From a virus: a stretch of DNA of 64,000 nt. This document shows, in pieces, positions 9,505-18,870 of this stretch. Each line of letters begins with the position of its first letter. Positions within the stretch are counted from its first letter, which is position 1. The notes under the pieces are model-generated. The model was not told where the DNA came from and did no database searches. It was given only the letters and a program-made list of their open reading frames with translations. The translations under genes and the position numbers were made by a program. The stretch is taken from positions 64,001-128,000 of IMG/VR virus record IMGVR_UViG_3300029985_000017. The stretch is one strand, 5' to 3'.

Positions 9505-10148
9505 TGGCTAATCCAGCTTACTATGTAGCTTTGGACTGTGAAACAGGAGGGCTCTCAGCAGATACAGCCGATTTGCTTACTTGTTATATATCTGTAGTAG
9601 ATGAGAACTTTAAAGTTCAAGAAGAACTTGATTTGAAGTTAAAGCCAGATGGCGGAAGATTGCCACAAGCTGATGCTGGTGCTCTAAAAGTCAATGGCAT
9701 CAATCTACATGAGCATTTGGCCAATCCAGAAACTATTGCTTACTCTGAAGCTAAACCTAAAATTATAGCTATGTTGCGAAAATTCTTGAAGAAAAATGGA
9801 CGCTACAGCAATTTACGCCCTATGGGTTACAATTTACCCTTTGATATTAAGTTCGTACAAACTTATCTTTTGTCCTTTGAAGAATGGGATTCGATTATTA
9901 ATTATAATCAGATCGACCCTAAAGTGGTAGTGAATTTCCTTAAAGACTGCGGTTGGCTTCCACCCGATCTAGGAACACTAGTAAGTGTAGTCAAGCACTT
10001 TCAGATACCAATGGGCACAGCTCATAATGCTAAGGTCGATACGTTGGCTACCGTAGAAGTTTATAAGAAATTGATAGAACTTATGGCCAGCAAAAAGAAC
10101 TCTGGCGGACAATCAATGGATTTAATTAGTTTGCTTGAGGCAGAATAA
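9504..10148 (+). CDS. dnaQ: DEDDh 3'-5' exonuclease (Pol III epsilon-like)
   Basis: Motifs LDCETGG, YNLPFD and HNAKVDT. Directly upstream of dnaE. Confidence 0.85.
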   Translation: MANPAYYVALDCETGGLSADTADLLTCYISVVDENFKVQEELDLKLKPDGGRLPQADAGALKVNGINLHEHLANPETIAYSEAKPKIIAMLRKFLKKNGRYSNLRPMGYNLPFDIKFVQTYLLSFEEWDSIINYNQIDPKVVVNFLKDCGWLPPDLGTLVSVVKHFQIPMGTAHNAKVDTLATVEVYKKLIELMASKKNSGGQSMDLISLLEAE

Positions 10149-13100
10149 TGTACATTTCGCCACATACTCATACCGAGTCATTTTTAACTAGCAGCACTTT
10201 ATCTAGCTTAATAGATAGAGCTAAAGAACTTGGTAGAACTCATTTTTCATGCACAGACTTAGGCTATCTTCATTCTTCAATGAAAGCCTATACACTGGCC
10301 AAAAAGGCTAAGCTTATACCCATTTTAGGGCTTGAATTCTATTTTAAAGATCCAGTGTGCCCAATCACTTCTGGAACTCCCGCAGACCGCTGTAAATACT
10401 TTTCTGCTACTATTTACGCAGAAAATCAGGAAGCTTATCAAGCCATCTGTAAAATGGTTTCTAGGACTGATTTTTCAACTATTGAAATTAGAGAAGAAAA
10501 GCAAAATCTTTTTACTTGGGCAGATCTAGAATTGCTTTCTAAATACAAAACCAATTTGGTGCTAGGCGGCGTCCATGACATTGTAGGGAAAGCTTATCTA
10601 GCATCAGATGCAAATGTGGGTCTTAAGTTATTTGAAAAACTTAATAACTTGTTTTTTAATAGGCTTTATATTGCTATGATTTGTGAGCCCTGGTCTAAAA
10701 AGTTTGCAAAAGTTGTAGAAGTCAAATATAAGGATTTTACAACGGATTCTTTATTGGACACAGATCTAGTTAGTACGGATAAGGCCAGAAAGATAAAGGC
10801 TAGTGACCTAATTGAGCGTTCTGGACATCTTTTAATCAAATCTAAAGTCTCAAATGGTGTTTTCTTTGAAGTTGATAGGGAGATAGATTCGGTAAAACTC
10901 CATACAGGTTTTTTGCCTCTTTCTTGTGATGTAACTTTAAAGATCAATAAATTTTTAATGTTACTTGGAAAACGTTATAATGTGCCAATTTTGGCTTCAG
11001 ATTACGCCTACTATTCTCACAAAGAGGACAAGATCGTTCAACGGGTTGTTCTAGAGGGTAAAGATAGTATCCATGCTCAACAACACATGAAGACCGAAGA
11101 AGAAGTTCTAAGTTACCTACAAAATACTATGGGCTTATCTTCATCTGAAGCCAATACAGTTATAGACAACAACATTAAATGGGCCGCTCTTTTTGATAAT
11201 TTTGAGCTTAAATACGAGTGGCGCTTAGCCTCTACTGAAGGACAAAATCCATTAAAAAAAGCCATGGAGATCATTAATCGCAATGGTCGTATGAAATGGG
11301 ATAATCCTATATATGTTAATCGCCTTAAAACTGAACTAGAAGTTATTGCAAAAAATGGAGTTAAAGATCTAACCCCTTATTTCTTACCTATTGTTGAGGT
11401 TTTAGATCGCTATAAAAAAGAAGGCCAAATAACCTCGCCTGGTCGTGGTAGCGCTGGTGGAAGTCTATTTTGTTATTTATTGGGTATTACAAATATAGAT
11501 CCTATTCGTTATGGACTTCCATTTAGCCGATTTTTTTCTACGACTCGTATTCAAATGAATAAACTTCCGGATATCGATACAGATTTACCACAGAAAGAAA
11601 CTCTGCTAGGCAAGGATGGACACAGTGGATTCTTATATGAACGTTGGGGTGACTGTGCTGGACATATCTCTACTCGTAATACAGTTAGACTTAGAAGCGC
11701 TATTAAAGACGTTCACCGATACTTAGATGGAACCGTTTCTAGAGAAATCGACAGATTCACATCCGGACTCCCACAACCCCCTCAAGGAATCTCCGATCTT
11801 CATTTTGTATTTGGTTATGAAAATGAAGAAGGAGAGCATATACCCGGTATCTTGGAAACTAATGAAGACCTTCAAAAATACACAAAAGACTATCCTAAAC
11901 ATTGGTCTATTGTAGCCAAGTCTATGGGTATAACGCGTGCTTTTTCTAAGCATGCCTGTGCCATGGTGCTATCTGATGTTCCTATTAGAGAAACTATGCC
12001 CCTAAAAGAAGGCTATATTACTCACTATGAGCATAAAGAAACTGAAGCTGTTGGATTGATTAAATATGATTTCTTAACTATTAATCAATTGCTTGATATT
12101 CAGGTTTGTTTGGAATTAATTAATAAAAAAAATGGGGATAACTTTGAACCTGGCTACTTTACCCATAATGGGGAAAAGATCTATATTTGGGATCTTCCAG
12201 AAGAAGCTGATGTCTATAAGAGCATTTGGGATGGCAATACTGTAACTCTATTTCAAATCAACAGTTCTGGAATGGCTAAACTTACTCAAGAGATTCTTCC
12301 AGATCGCTTAGAGTATCTGGCCTCTATTTTGGCCCTAGAGCGTCCAGGTCCTAAGGATTACATTGACCCTGTAACCGGAAGAAACATGGTCGAAGAGTAT
12401 GTTATGCGGCGTAATGGACAAAGCCAACCCGATATCCCAGAATTGGCTGAGATTCTGCCAGAGTCTTACGGTACCTTAATTTACCAAGAAGATCTAGGTA
12501 AAGTTGCCAAGCAATTAGCTGGATTTAGCGATGAAGAAGCAGAGCTACTTAGAGAGAACATGGCCAAGAAAAAGATGGTTGAATTGACTAAAATTAAGCC
12601 ATCTTTTATTCAAGGTGCTCAAACTAAGGTCTCAAGAGAAGTTGCCGAAAAAATCTGGGAACAAATGGTTACTTTCGGACGTTATGGGTTCTCTATTATC
12701 CATTCCTATGAATATGCTATGATTACTTATGCTTGTATGTTCTTACGCCACAACTATAAACTTGAATGGTGGGCTGCCGTAGTAACCAATGCAGATCAAG
12801 CCGAGATCACGGGTAAGTTTTGGCCTCATGTAAAGGATTTAATTGCTCCTCCTGATATTAATATTAGTACTGATAAAATGGAGGTAGACTATTCTGCTAG
12901 TAAAATCAGATCTAAATTGGGTATTATAACGGGTATAGGCGATAAAACAATTGATCCTATAGTTGAAAATCGCCCTTATAAAGATCTACAAGACTTCGTT
13001 AATAAAGATGTAGCCGGTCCGTCTTTGGCTCATAGATTAATTCATGTGGGTGTTTTAGACTCTTTGTTCAAGCCAAATATGTCTCTTGAAGAAAAACTTA

Positions 13101-13696
13101 AAACCTATGAAGATGCGGTTGAAATTAAAAAGTTTCAAGACAAAAAAGTTATAGCTGAAAAAGAAGGTAAAAAAGTTAGAAATTTACAGCCTAAAGAAGG
13201 CAAGATTCCAGAAAAATACATAGATCTTCCCCCTCTTGTGGATGCTGCAATGAAGAAAAATACTCTTCCTACAATGCCTATCGACCTCTATTCTCTAGGA
13301 GCTAAGTATAGTAAGGTCAGAGATCTTAATTCTACGAAGCCTAAAATGGTAGACGAGATTTGGAATAAGTCAGTTTTCTTAATCGAAGGCAATGCAGTAG
13401 AACGTTTAGATAAGACAGATTTCACTACAGAAGAAAAAGACTTATACGTAGCCGCCACTGGTTACATTATTGAAGCCAAAGAGTTCTCATATTCTAAGGG
13501 AACTAAACGAGCTTTAAAATTGATTGTTGCTTGTGACAATTATATTAGCGAAAAAGTTTTATGGCCTAATTATAAAACCCAAGAGCTTATTTATGATAAA
13601 AATATTAAAAAGGGTTCTATATGCACGTTATTTATGAGAAAAAGGGCTGGAGAAAAAGGCCCTTTAAATCTTACCCAAATGGTTCTTGAAACGTAA
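10148..13696 (+). CDS. dnaE: DNA polymerase III alpha subunit (C family)
   Basis: PHP domain (HTHTES), PGRGSAGGSL, PDIDTD, KYDFL, YQED, FGRYGF...HS. Confidence 0.95.
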   Translation: MYISPHTHTESFLTSSTLSSLIDRAKELGRTHFSCTDLGYLHSSMKAYTLAKKAKLIPILGLEFYFKDPVCPITSGTPADRCKYFSATIYAENQEAYQAICKMVSRTDFSTIEIREEKQNLFTWADLELLSKYKTNLVLGGVHDIVGKAYLASDANVGLKLFEKLNNLFFNRLYIAMICEPWSKKFAKVVEVKYKDFTTDSLLDTDLVSTDKARKIKASDLIERSGHLLIKSKVSNGVFFEVDREIDSVKLHTGFLPLSCDVTLKINKFLMLLGKRYNVPILASDYAYYSHKEDKIVQRVVLEGKDSIHAQQHMKTEEEVLSYLQNTMGLSSSEANTVIDNNIKWAALFDNFELKYEWRLASTEGQNPLKKAMEIINRNGRMKWDNPIYVNRLKTELEVIAKNGVKDLTPYFLPIVEVLDRYKKEGQITSPGRGSAGGSLFCYLLGITNIDPIRYGLPFSRFFSTTRIQMNKLPDIDTDLPQKETLLGKDGHSGFLYERWGDCAGHISTRNTVRLRSAIKDVHRYLDGTVSREIDRFTSGLPQPPQGISDLHFVFGYENEEGEHIPGILETNEDLQKYTKDYPKHWSIVAKSMGITRAFSKHACAMVLSDVPIRETMPLKEGYITHYEHKETEAVGLIKYDFLTINQLLDIQVCLELINKKNGDNFEPGYFTHNGEKIYIWDLPEEADVYKSIWDGNTVTLFQINSSGMAKLTQEILPDRLEYLASILALERPGPKDYIDPVTGRNMVEEYVMRRNGQSQPDIPELAEILPESYGTLIYQEDLGKVAKQLAGFSDEEAELLRENMAKKKMVELTKIKPSFIQGAQTKVSREVAEKIWEQMVTFGRYGFSIIHSYEYAMITYACMFLRHNYKLEWWAAVVTNADQAEITGKFWPHVKDLIAPPDINISTDKMEVDYSASKIRSKLGIITGIGDKTIDPIVENRPYKDLQDFVNKDVAGPSLAHRLIHVGVLDSLFKPNMSLEEKLKTYEDAVEIKKFQDKKVIAEKEGKKVRNLQPKEGKIPEKYIDLPPLVDAAMKKNTLPTMPIDLYSLGAKYSKVRDLNSTKPKMVDEIWNKSVFLIEGNAVERLDKTDFTTEEKDLYVAATGYIIEAKEFSYSKGTKRALKLIVACDNYISEKVLWPNYKTQELIYDKNIKKGSICTLFMRKRAGEKGPLNLTQMVLET

Positions 13697-13704
13697 GAAA
13701 AAGC

Positions 13705-13733
13705 TTGACTTTTTAAAACAGATGTGTCATTAT
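13705..13733 (+). promoter_or_regulatory. sigma70-type promoter, probably leaderless
   Basis: TTGACT-17-CATTAT, with the ATG at 13740 six nt downstream. Confidence 0.5.
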
Positions 13734-13739
13734 CTACAT

Positions 13740-14444
13740 ATGAAGTTTTTAATCTATTCTTTGCTTCTTCTAACCACTGTCTCTATAGCCAAAGAAAGTA
13801 CAAAACCAATTAAGATAGCTATCGTAGATACGGGAATAAACGTTTTAGATCCGCGTTTTAAAGAGCATGTTTGCGCCACAGGACACAAAGACTTTACAGG
13901 TGAAGGATTGTTAGACACCGTAGGTCATGGAACCTTTGTAGCTGGCTTAATTCAAAAGTATGCAGGTAAAGGTACTTATTGTTTTTTAATATATAAGTAT
14001 TACTCTGAACATAATACTGGAATTCAAAATCTTCAAAATGAGATTAAAGCCTTCCAAGAAGCAGCAAAAAATGGTGCTGCGGTGGTGAATTTCTCAGGTG
14101 GTGGTGCTGAACATAATAAATATGAGTATTTAACCATTAAAAATAATCCCAGGATGCTTTTTGTAGTTGCAGCTGGAAATGAAGGCCAAAATGTAGATCT
14201 TCCTGGAAAAGAATATTACCCAGCTTCATATAAGCTAGAGAACATAATTCCTTTGGGAAGTATTGATAGAAATGGCACCAAAGTTACTAGTTCTAATTGG
14301 GGCAGTAGAATTACAGATTTTGAAATTGGAGACCAAGTGGTATCCACTCTGCCCGATGGAGATACGGGAACGATGTCTGGAACTAGTTTTGCTACAGCAA
14401 TAAGAACTGGTAAAATAGTAAGGGATATGTTATATGCAAGATAA
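13740..14444 (+). CDS. Secreted S8 subtilisin-like protease
   Basis: Motifs IAIVDTG, HGTFVAG, AAGN and SGTSFA. Signal peptide MKFLIYSLLLLTTVSIA. Confidence 0.9.
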   Translation: MKFLIYSLLLLTTVSIAKESTKPIKIAIVDTGINVLDPRFKEHVCATGHKDFTGEGLLDTVGHGTFVAGLIQKYAGKGTYCFLIYKYYSEHNTGIQNLQNEIKAFQEAAKNGAAVVNFSGGGAEHNKYEYLTIKNNPRMLFVVAAGNEGQNVDLPGKEYYPASYKLENIIPLGSIDRNGTKVTSSNWGSRITDFEIGDQVVSTLPDGDTGTMSGTSFATAIRTGKIVRDMLYAR

Positions 14445-14676
14445 TCCTTTTGCGAATAAAGTAGTAAAGACCAAAAAACTGGGCAAGAATGCTGTTTTAC
14501 AAGTAAGTGAAAACGAGCATTTTGGTCGTATATATGTTGAGTTTCAGACTGTAGACGGAAGACTTAAAGTACAGAAGACTTTTAGGGATGATTTTCAAGG
14601 TAGAAAAGAATCTAAAGAATTCGAAAAGAAATTTAAAACTTCAACAGATATCAAAAAATACTTTGGATTGGAGTAA
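14434..14676 (+). CDS. Hypothetical protein
   Basis: ORF overlapping the upstream stop codon. Confidence 0.65.
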   Translation: MQDNPFANKVVKTKKLGKNAVLQVSENEHFGRIYVEFQTVDGRLKVQKTFRDDFQGRKESKEFEKKFKTSTDIKKYFGLE

Positions 14677-14678
14677 GT

Positions 14679-15053
14679 ATGGCTAAACCCAAAAAACCTA
14701 AAACAGTAACCATATACATGGATAAAACCGACTGGGATTATGAAGTGGGCTGCGCTTCTGATGGCAATACTATTTATCCCGATCTTGAAAGTCTGAAGGA
14801 ATTTAATCGCTGCTGGGATGGATGTGGGGTGGTAAAATGCGAGATTACTTTTAAGGAAATAGCTATAGAAGAAGATCGTAAAAAAATGTTTGAGGGGTCT
14901 TCTAATGGATATACAGCAGAAGACTATGAGATCAACCGTGATATAATTAGAATAGAAAGTGCTACTAGAAGATTGGAATGGTTAGAAGGAAAAGTTGCTC
15001 GCGAAAAGCATAGGATTATAGAATTAAAAGCTAATTTAAAGAAGGAGAAATAA
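14679..15053 (+). CDS. Hypothetical protein
   Basis: GGAG RBS. Confidence 0.7.
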   Translation: MAKPKKPKTVTIYMDKTDWDYEVGCASDGNTIYPDLESLKEFNRCWDGCGVVKCEITFKEIAIEEDRKKMFEGSSNGYTAEDYEINRDIIRIESATRRLEWLEGKVAREKHRIIELKANLKKEK

Positions 15054-15054
15054 A

Positions 15055-15831
15055 ATGTCATTACAGAATACTTTGGAAGAAATTAAGAGACTAAAGCCTC
15101 TAGCAGAAGAAGATCTTAGTACTGGACCCATTGAAACATACGTGTCTAGGGAGGGGCGTAAAAGGAATGCTAAAGAACGTTTAAAGGCTCTAAGAGAAGA
15201 GTATATAGACGCTCTTAGGACATCAGCCGTATTTATTATTGTTTCTGGCTCTAATAAAAATGAATTTTTGGACTTGGCTACCAATGAATTTAAATGTTTT
15301 ACAGCTGACCCAGAAGGTTTTTATAAGGACCTAGCCAATCGTTTGCCAAGCGAGCTTTATGCCAATAAAACTTCGGGCGCCAACCTTTTTGACATTATGG
15401 GACGCCATCTAGAAGAAAAGGCGCAAGAAATGCATGTTTTAGGCTATCCTCAATTGATTATGAAGCAACAATATCGAAGGGCTATTAACAATAAAGAAGA
15501 CTTTGTTGAATTGATTAAACAAGCTATTAACGAACAGGTAGGTTCGGAGATCTCCGGCCTTCATATGGTCCGATCATTGGTTGATAGCGCTATCAGCGCA
15601 GAGCATGGACTAAAGCTTACTCCAATCGTTTTGGCTACAGATGATGAAAACTTGGCTTTGGATTTTAATAGCACCTTTAATAGGATTGGTTCCCGTTCAT
15701 TTTTGGTTGCAGCTGGAAAGGGCGCTAAAGCCGTTAAATCTAGGGAAGGAACTTTTGCTCTTAAAGAAGTGACTAAAGAAAGTGTGGAAAATGTCTTGAC
15801 AAATGTAAGAAACTTGTGTAAAACTAGATGA
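15055..15831 (+). CDS. Hypothetical protein (possibly a degenerate P-loop kinase fold)
   Basis: AAGGAG RBS. VFIIVSGSNK has a strand-Gly pattern but no intact GKS/T. Confidence 0.6.
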   Translation: MSLQNTLEEIKRLKPLAEEDLSTGPIETYVSREGRKRNAKERLKALREEYIDALRTSAVFIIVSGSNKNEFLDLATNEFKCFTADPEGFYKDLANRLPSELYANKTSGANLFDIMGRHLEEKAQEMHVLGYPQLIMKQQYRRAINNKEDFVELIKQAINEQVGSEISGLHMVRSLVDSAISAEHGLKLTPIVLATDDENLALDFNSTFNRIGSRSFLVAAGKGAKAVKSREGTFALKEVTKESVENVLTNVRNLCKTR

Positions 15832-15878
15832 TAGATGAAATTGAAAGAATATCAAAAATAAAGAAAGAGAGAAATAAT

Positions 15879-16919
15879 ATGTCAGTAAAAATTGGTAAAG
15901 CTCGTTTTGGTGGTCAACAACAAATTCAACGTAGGTATTTTAAATTGAAGGATGGAGAACAAGCCTATCGTATTTTGCCTCCTATTAAGGAATTGGCTGA
16001 TTCAGGCCGTTGGTCCATATTTCATAGCGTTCATTATGGCTATAAGTCTACTGATGAAAAGTTTAAGCCTTTTATTAGCCCAGAAGTTAAGAACCGTAAG
16101 ACGGGTATGATTGAAGTACCAGACGCCGCTAAAGAACGTATTCAAAGCCTTAAAGCTAAATTGGACGAAGCCAAGGCATCAGGTAATTCAGCGGCTCTCG
16201 AAAAACTCAATTTTTTGGTTGGTCAAACTGGGCTATACAATCTAGATAACAATCATTATATGAACGTAATTGATGCCCAAGGCAATATCGGTGTCCTTAA
16301 GCTTCGACATAAGGCTAAACTTGCTTTGGAAGCTGAAATTAAAGCTCTAAACGCTGATGGCCATGACCCTTTGAGCGTTGAGGACGGTCGCTTCTTTGTA
16401 TTTACTCGTACTGGTATGGGTCGCGACACTACTTTTGGTGTTAAGGTTTTGAAGGAAAAGATCATTGTCCAGGGCATTGGAAGTGTTGAACGCGATGTTG
16501 TTCATGCACTTGATGACGCTCTTTTGGGACGACTTGAAGCCGAAGGTTCAGATTTGGATAAGATCTTTAGGCGTCCAACTGCTGAGCAAGTACAAAAGAT
16601 CGTAGAAAGTTCAAATTTGATGACCGGCATTACACCATACTTGGATACATTGTTTGGTAAGAATGCTAGTGCCGAACAAACTGCAACAGAAGAAGATGCT
16701 CCAGATGCTGAAGAACCAGCGCCTAAAGCCTCTACGGTAGCTCCTGTAAAGCCCTTGGTTGCTCCAGTTGCTGCGGCTGTGGTTGCTCCAGTTGCTGCGG
16801 CTGTGGTTGCACCTGTAACTCCAAGCGTAGCTCCTGTAAAGCCAAAAACAAGCGCTGCAAGTATCACTGAGATGTCAAATGACGAGTTCCTAGAACGCCT
16901 CAATTCAGGGTCTCTCTAG
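15879..16919 (+). CDS. gp32-like single-stranded DNA-binding protein
   Basis: FKLKDG...YRILPP...HSVHYG N-terminus, Ala/Pro linker and acidic amphipathic tail (SNDEFLERL). It sits near recA. Confidence 0.65.
   Translation: MSVKIGKARFGGQQQIQRRYFKLKDGEQAYRILPPIKELADSGRWSIFHSVHYGYKSTDEKFKPFISPEVKNRKTGMIEVPDAAKERIQSLKAKLDEAKASGNSAALEKLNFLVGQTGLYNLDNNHYMNVIDAQGNIGVLKLRHKAKLALEAEIKALNADGHDPLSVEDGRFFVFTRTGMGRDTTFGVKVLKEKIIVQGIGSVERDVVHALDDALLGRLEAEGSDLDKIFRRPTAEQVQKIVESSNLMTGITPYLDTLFGKNASAEQTATEEDAPDAEEPAPKASTVAPVKPLVAPVAAAVVAPVAAAVVAPVTPSVAPVKPKTSAASITEMSNDEFLERLNSGSL
16757..16810 (+). repeat. In-frame 24-bp tandem repeat (2.25 copies)
   Basis: GGTTGCTCCAGTTGCTGCGGCTGT repeated, encoding VAPVAAAV. 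Confidence 0.9.
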
Positions 16920-16927
16920 TTAAATAT

Positions 16928-17022
16928 AGGGTTTCCGAGTAGGCAGGAAGTAAACGATATTTAATCGTCCAGCGGGTAGGGAAACCAGACCCGGTAGCCA
17001 ATGATGATATCGGCCCTTTTTT
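16928..17022 (+). ncRNA. Candidate structured RNA or attenuator ending in a U-tract
   Basis: GC-rich intergenic segment with stems AGGG/CCCT, CCGA/TCGG, GGC/GCC, ACGAT/ATCGT and CGGGT/ACCCG, a GG-GAAA-CC tetraloop, then TTTTTT. Confidence 0.5.
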
Positions 17023-17034
17023 ATAGAGGTTAAA

Positions 17035-17253
17035 ATGCTTGGAATTTATTTAGATCTACAAATAGGATTGAAAACTATTAGTTTTGAGATTCACCCATTG
17101 TCTTGGACTTTAAAACCCTATAAAGCTGGTTATACTGACCCTGATTTTGATGTTAATATGGATTATAATATTTTTTATAGTTTTTTGTGTTTTAGTATAA
17201 GATTTAAGAAAAGAATGGATTTGTCACAGTTTTTGATTGACAAATCAAAATAG
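17035..17253 (+). CDS. Hypothetical protein
   Basis: GAGG RBS. Confidence 0.55.
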   Translation: MLGIYLDLQIGLKTISFEIHPLSWTLKPYKAGYTDPDFDVNMDYNIFYSFLCFSIRFKKRMDLSQFLIDKSK

Positions 17254-17265
17254 ATGGGTTAGACT
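17237..17265 (+). promoter_or_regulatory. sigma70-type promoter, probably leaderless
   Basis: TTGACA-17-TAGACT, with the ATG at 17272 six nt downstream and no SD sequence. Confidence 0.7.
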
Positions 17266-17271
17266 CTTAAG

Positions 17272-17805
17272 ATGAGCGACGAACTTCAAAAAGATCAAAC
17301 CATAGTTCTTCCACCCTTTGGAAAATCACCACAACTAAGATTAGAAATGGGAGCTATTAGAGAAGCTGAAATTCGATTGATTGAAGCCAAAACCGTTAAT
17401 CCTTCTACCTATCCCGATCTTAGTCACTGCTATAACGAGTCATATCGCGTGCTTAAGACGCATTTGAGTAATATTGGATACCAGATTAATATGGCAGATA
17501 AAGCCTTAGAAGAGGCTAAGGCAGATATTATTTTAGGCAGCTATGCTGAGTTTTTAAAAGATAAGCCAAAGTCCGCAGGAAATGCGGAGCTTAGGAACGC
17601 TTTTCTCATTAGAGATCCCGCTTACAACGCAGCCTTGGACCGCAAAAATCAACTTTTGGCTATCCAATCAAATTTCGAAGGCAAGATTAAGGTTTTGGAA
17701 AATGTAGTTTCGTTTATGAAACAAAAAATGTATTTGATTAGTCGCTCTGGTTTGAGCAATGAAAATCTATATGTAACCAGTGGAAAAGGAAATAAAAATG
17801 GCTAA
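17272..17805 (+). CDS. Helical protein, possible UvsY-like recombination mediator
   Basis: All-helical coiled-coil protein immediately upstream of the recA-like gene. The function is inferred from position. Confidence 0.4.
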   Translation: MSDELQKDQTIVLPPFGKSPQLRLEMGAIREAEIRLIEAKTVNPSTYPDLSHCYNESYRVLKTHLSNIGYQINMADKALEEAKADIILGSYAEFLKDKPKSAGNAELRNAFLIRDPAYNAALDRKNQLLAIQSNFEGKIKVLENVVSFMKQKMYLISRSGLSNENLYVTSGKGNKNG

Positions 17806-18847
17806 TAAATGGCTTTCGGATTTGAAGAAACTAGATTCAGCAGTAGATTTTGATTACGATAGTTATGCACCTGAGAACTGCTTTTACACGCCTTCCCCCT
17901 ATCTTAACTGGCTAACTGGTAATAAGGCCAATGGATTCCCCAAGAATAGTAGTATCCTATTCTTTAGCGAACCAAAATCTGGTAAGAGCTTCCTTTGTCT
18001 TTCTATGATTGCCGAGATGCATAAGCGAGATCCTGAAGGTATTGCAGTTTACGTATCCACAGAGCTTCGTGGTCAACTTCAGGCCATTAACTTTCCTGGA
18101 GTTGATCCAGATCGTGTTTTGATCATAGACTCTAATGACCCTGTAGAGATCTTTGATGAGCTTTTAGATCAAAATCTTAAAGCAAAAGTTCAAGATGGCA
18201 TGCCTTTAAGAATGATTATTTTGGACTCTGTAACCGGTATTTTGGGAGTTAAGAGAAAAGCTGCTGAAAGCATTGAACAACATCTTATTGGCGATTCCGC
18301 GTTGACTATCGGCAATGCAATGCAAAACATTGTACCGTGGTGTAAGAGGAACAAGATCATGCTTATTGGTACAGCTCAAATTCGTGCCAATATTGACTCT
18401 AATCCTTATGCTGAAAAGACCAAAATGCAAGCTAGTTTTGCTGTTAAACATGCTTTTGAATACTTCATTAGCGTTAAACGAGCTAATGCTGCTGACGACA
18501 AAAAAGATCTAGAAGGTAAAACCTTTGAAGATGAGATCAAGGATGCTAGGGGAAACAACTTAATCAACGCCCACAAAGTTTATGCCAAAGTTGAGGGTTC
18601 ATCTATTGGTCCTGCAGGTCGTGCAGGTGTGTTCACCATTTCTTATACCCATGGATTAATCAATCAACACGAAGAGACTTTTTTCTTGGGCACCACTACT
18701 GGTGTTATTAAAAAGGAAGGAACCCGTAATTATTTCTTCGACGATAAGAAATGGTCTTCAAAAGGCGATTGCGCCAATGCTATTAAAGATGATCCAAAAT
18801 TGGCTGCCGCTATTCTGGAGGAAGTCCGTAAGTTAGACGATAAATGA
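17798..18847 (+). CDS. recA: RecA/UvsX-like recombinase
   Basis: Walker A FSEPKSGKS, catalytic STE, IILDSV and GTAQIR. Confidence 0.85.
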   Translation: MANKWLSDLKKLDSAVDFDYDSYAPENCFYTPSPYLNWLTGNKANGFPKNSSILFFSEPKSGKSFLCLSMIAEMHKRDPEGIAVYVSTELRGQLQAINFPGVDPDRVLIIDSNDPVEIFDELLDQNLKAKVQDGMPLRMIILDSVTGILGVKRKAAESIEQHLIGDSALTIGNAMQNIVPWCKRNKIMLIGTAQIRANIDSNPYAEKTKMQASFAVKHAFEYFISVKRANAADDKKDLEGKTFEDEIKDARGNNLINAHKVYAKVEGSSIGPAGRAGVFTISYTHGLINQHEETFFLGTTTGVIKKEGTRNYFFDDKKWSSKGDCANAIKDDPKLAAAILEEVRKLDDK

Positions 18848-18870
18848 TATAAAACACCAAGGACATAAAA

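Noticed and set aside
16928-17000. tRNA, hammerhead or group II intron domain V identity for the structured element
   Set aside because: It contains ...AGCCA, TGATGA and AGC...GAAA, but lacks a T-loop, the CUGANGA core and correct domain V pairing.
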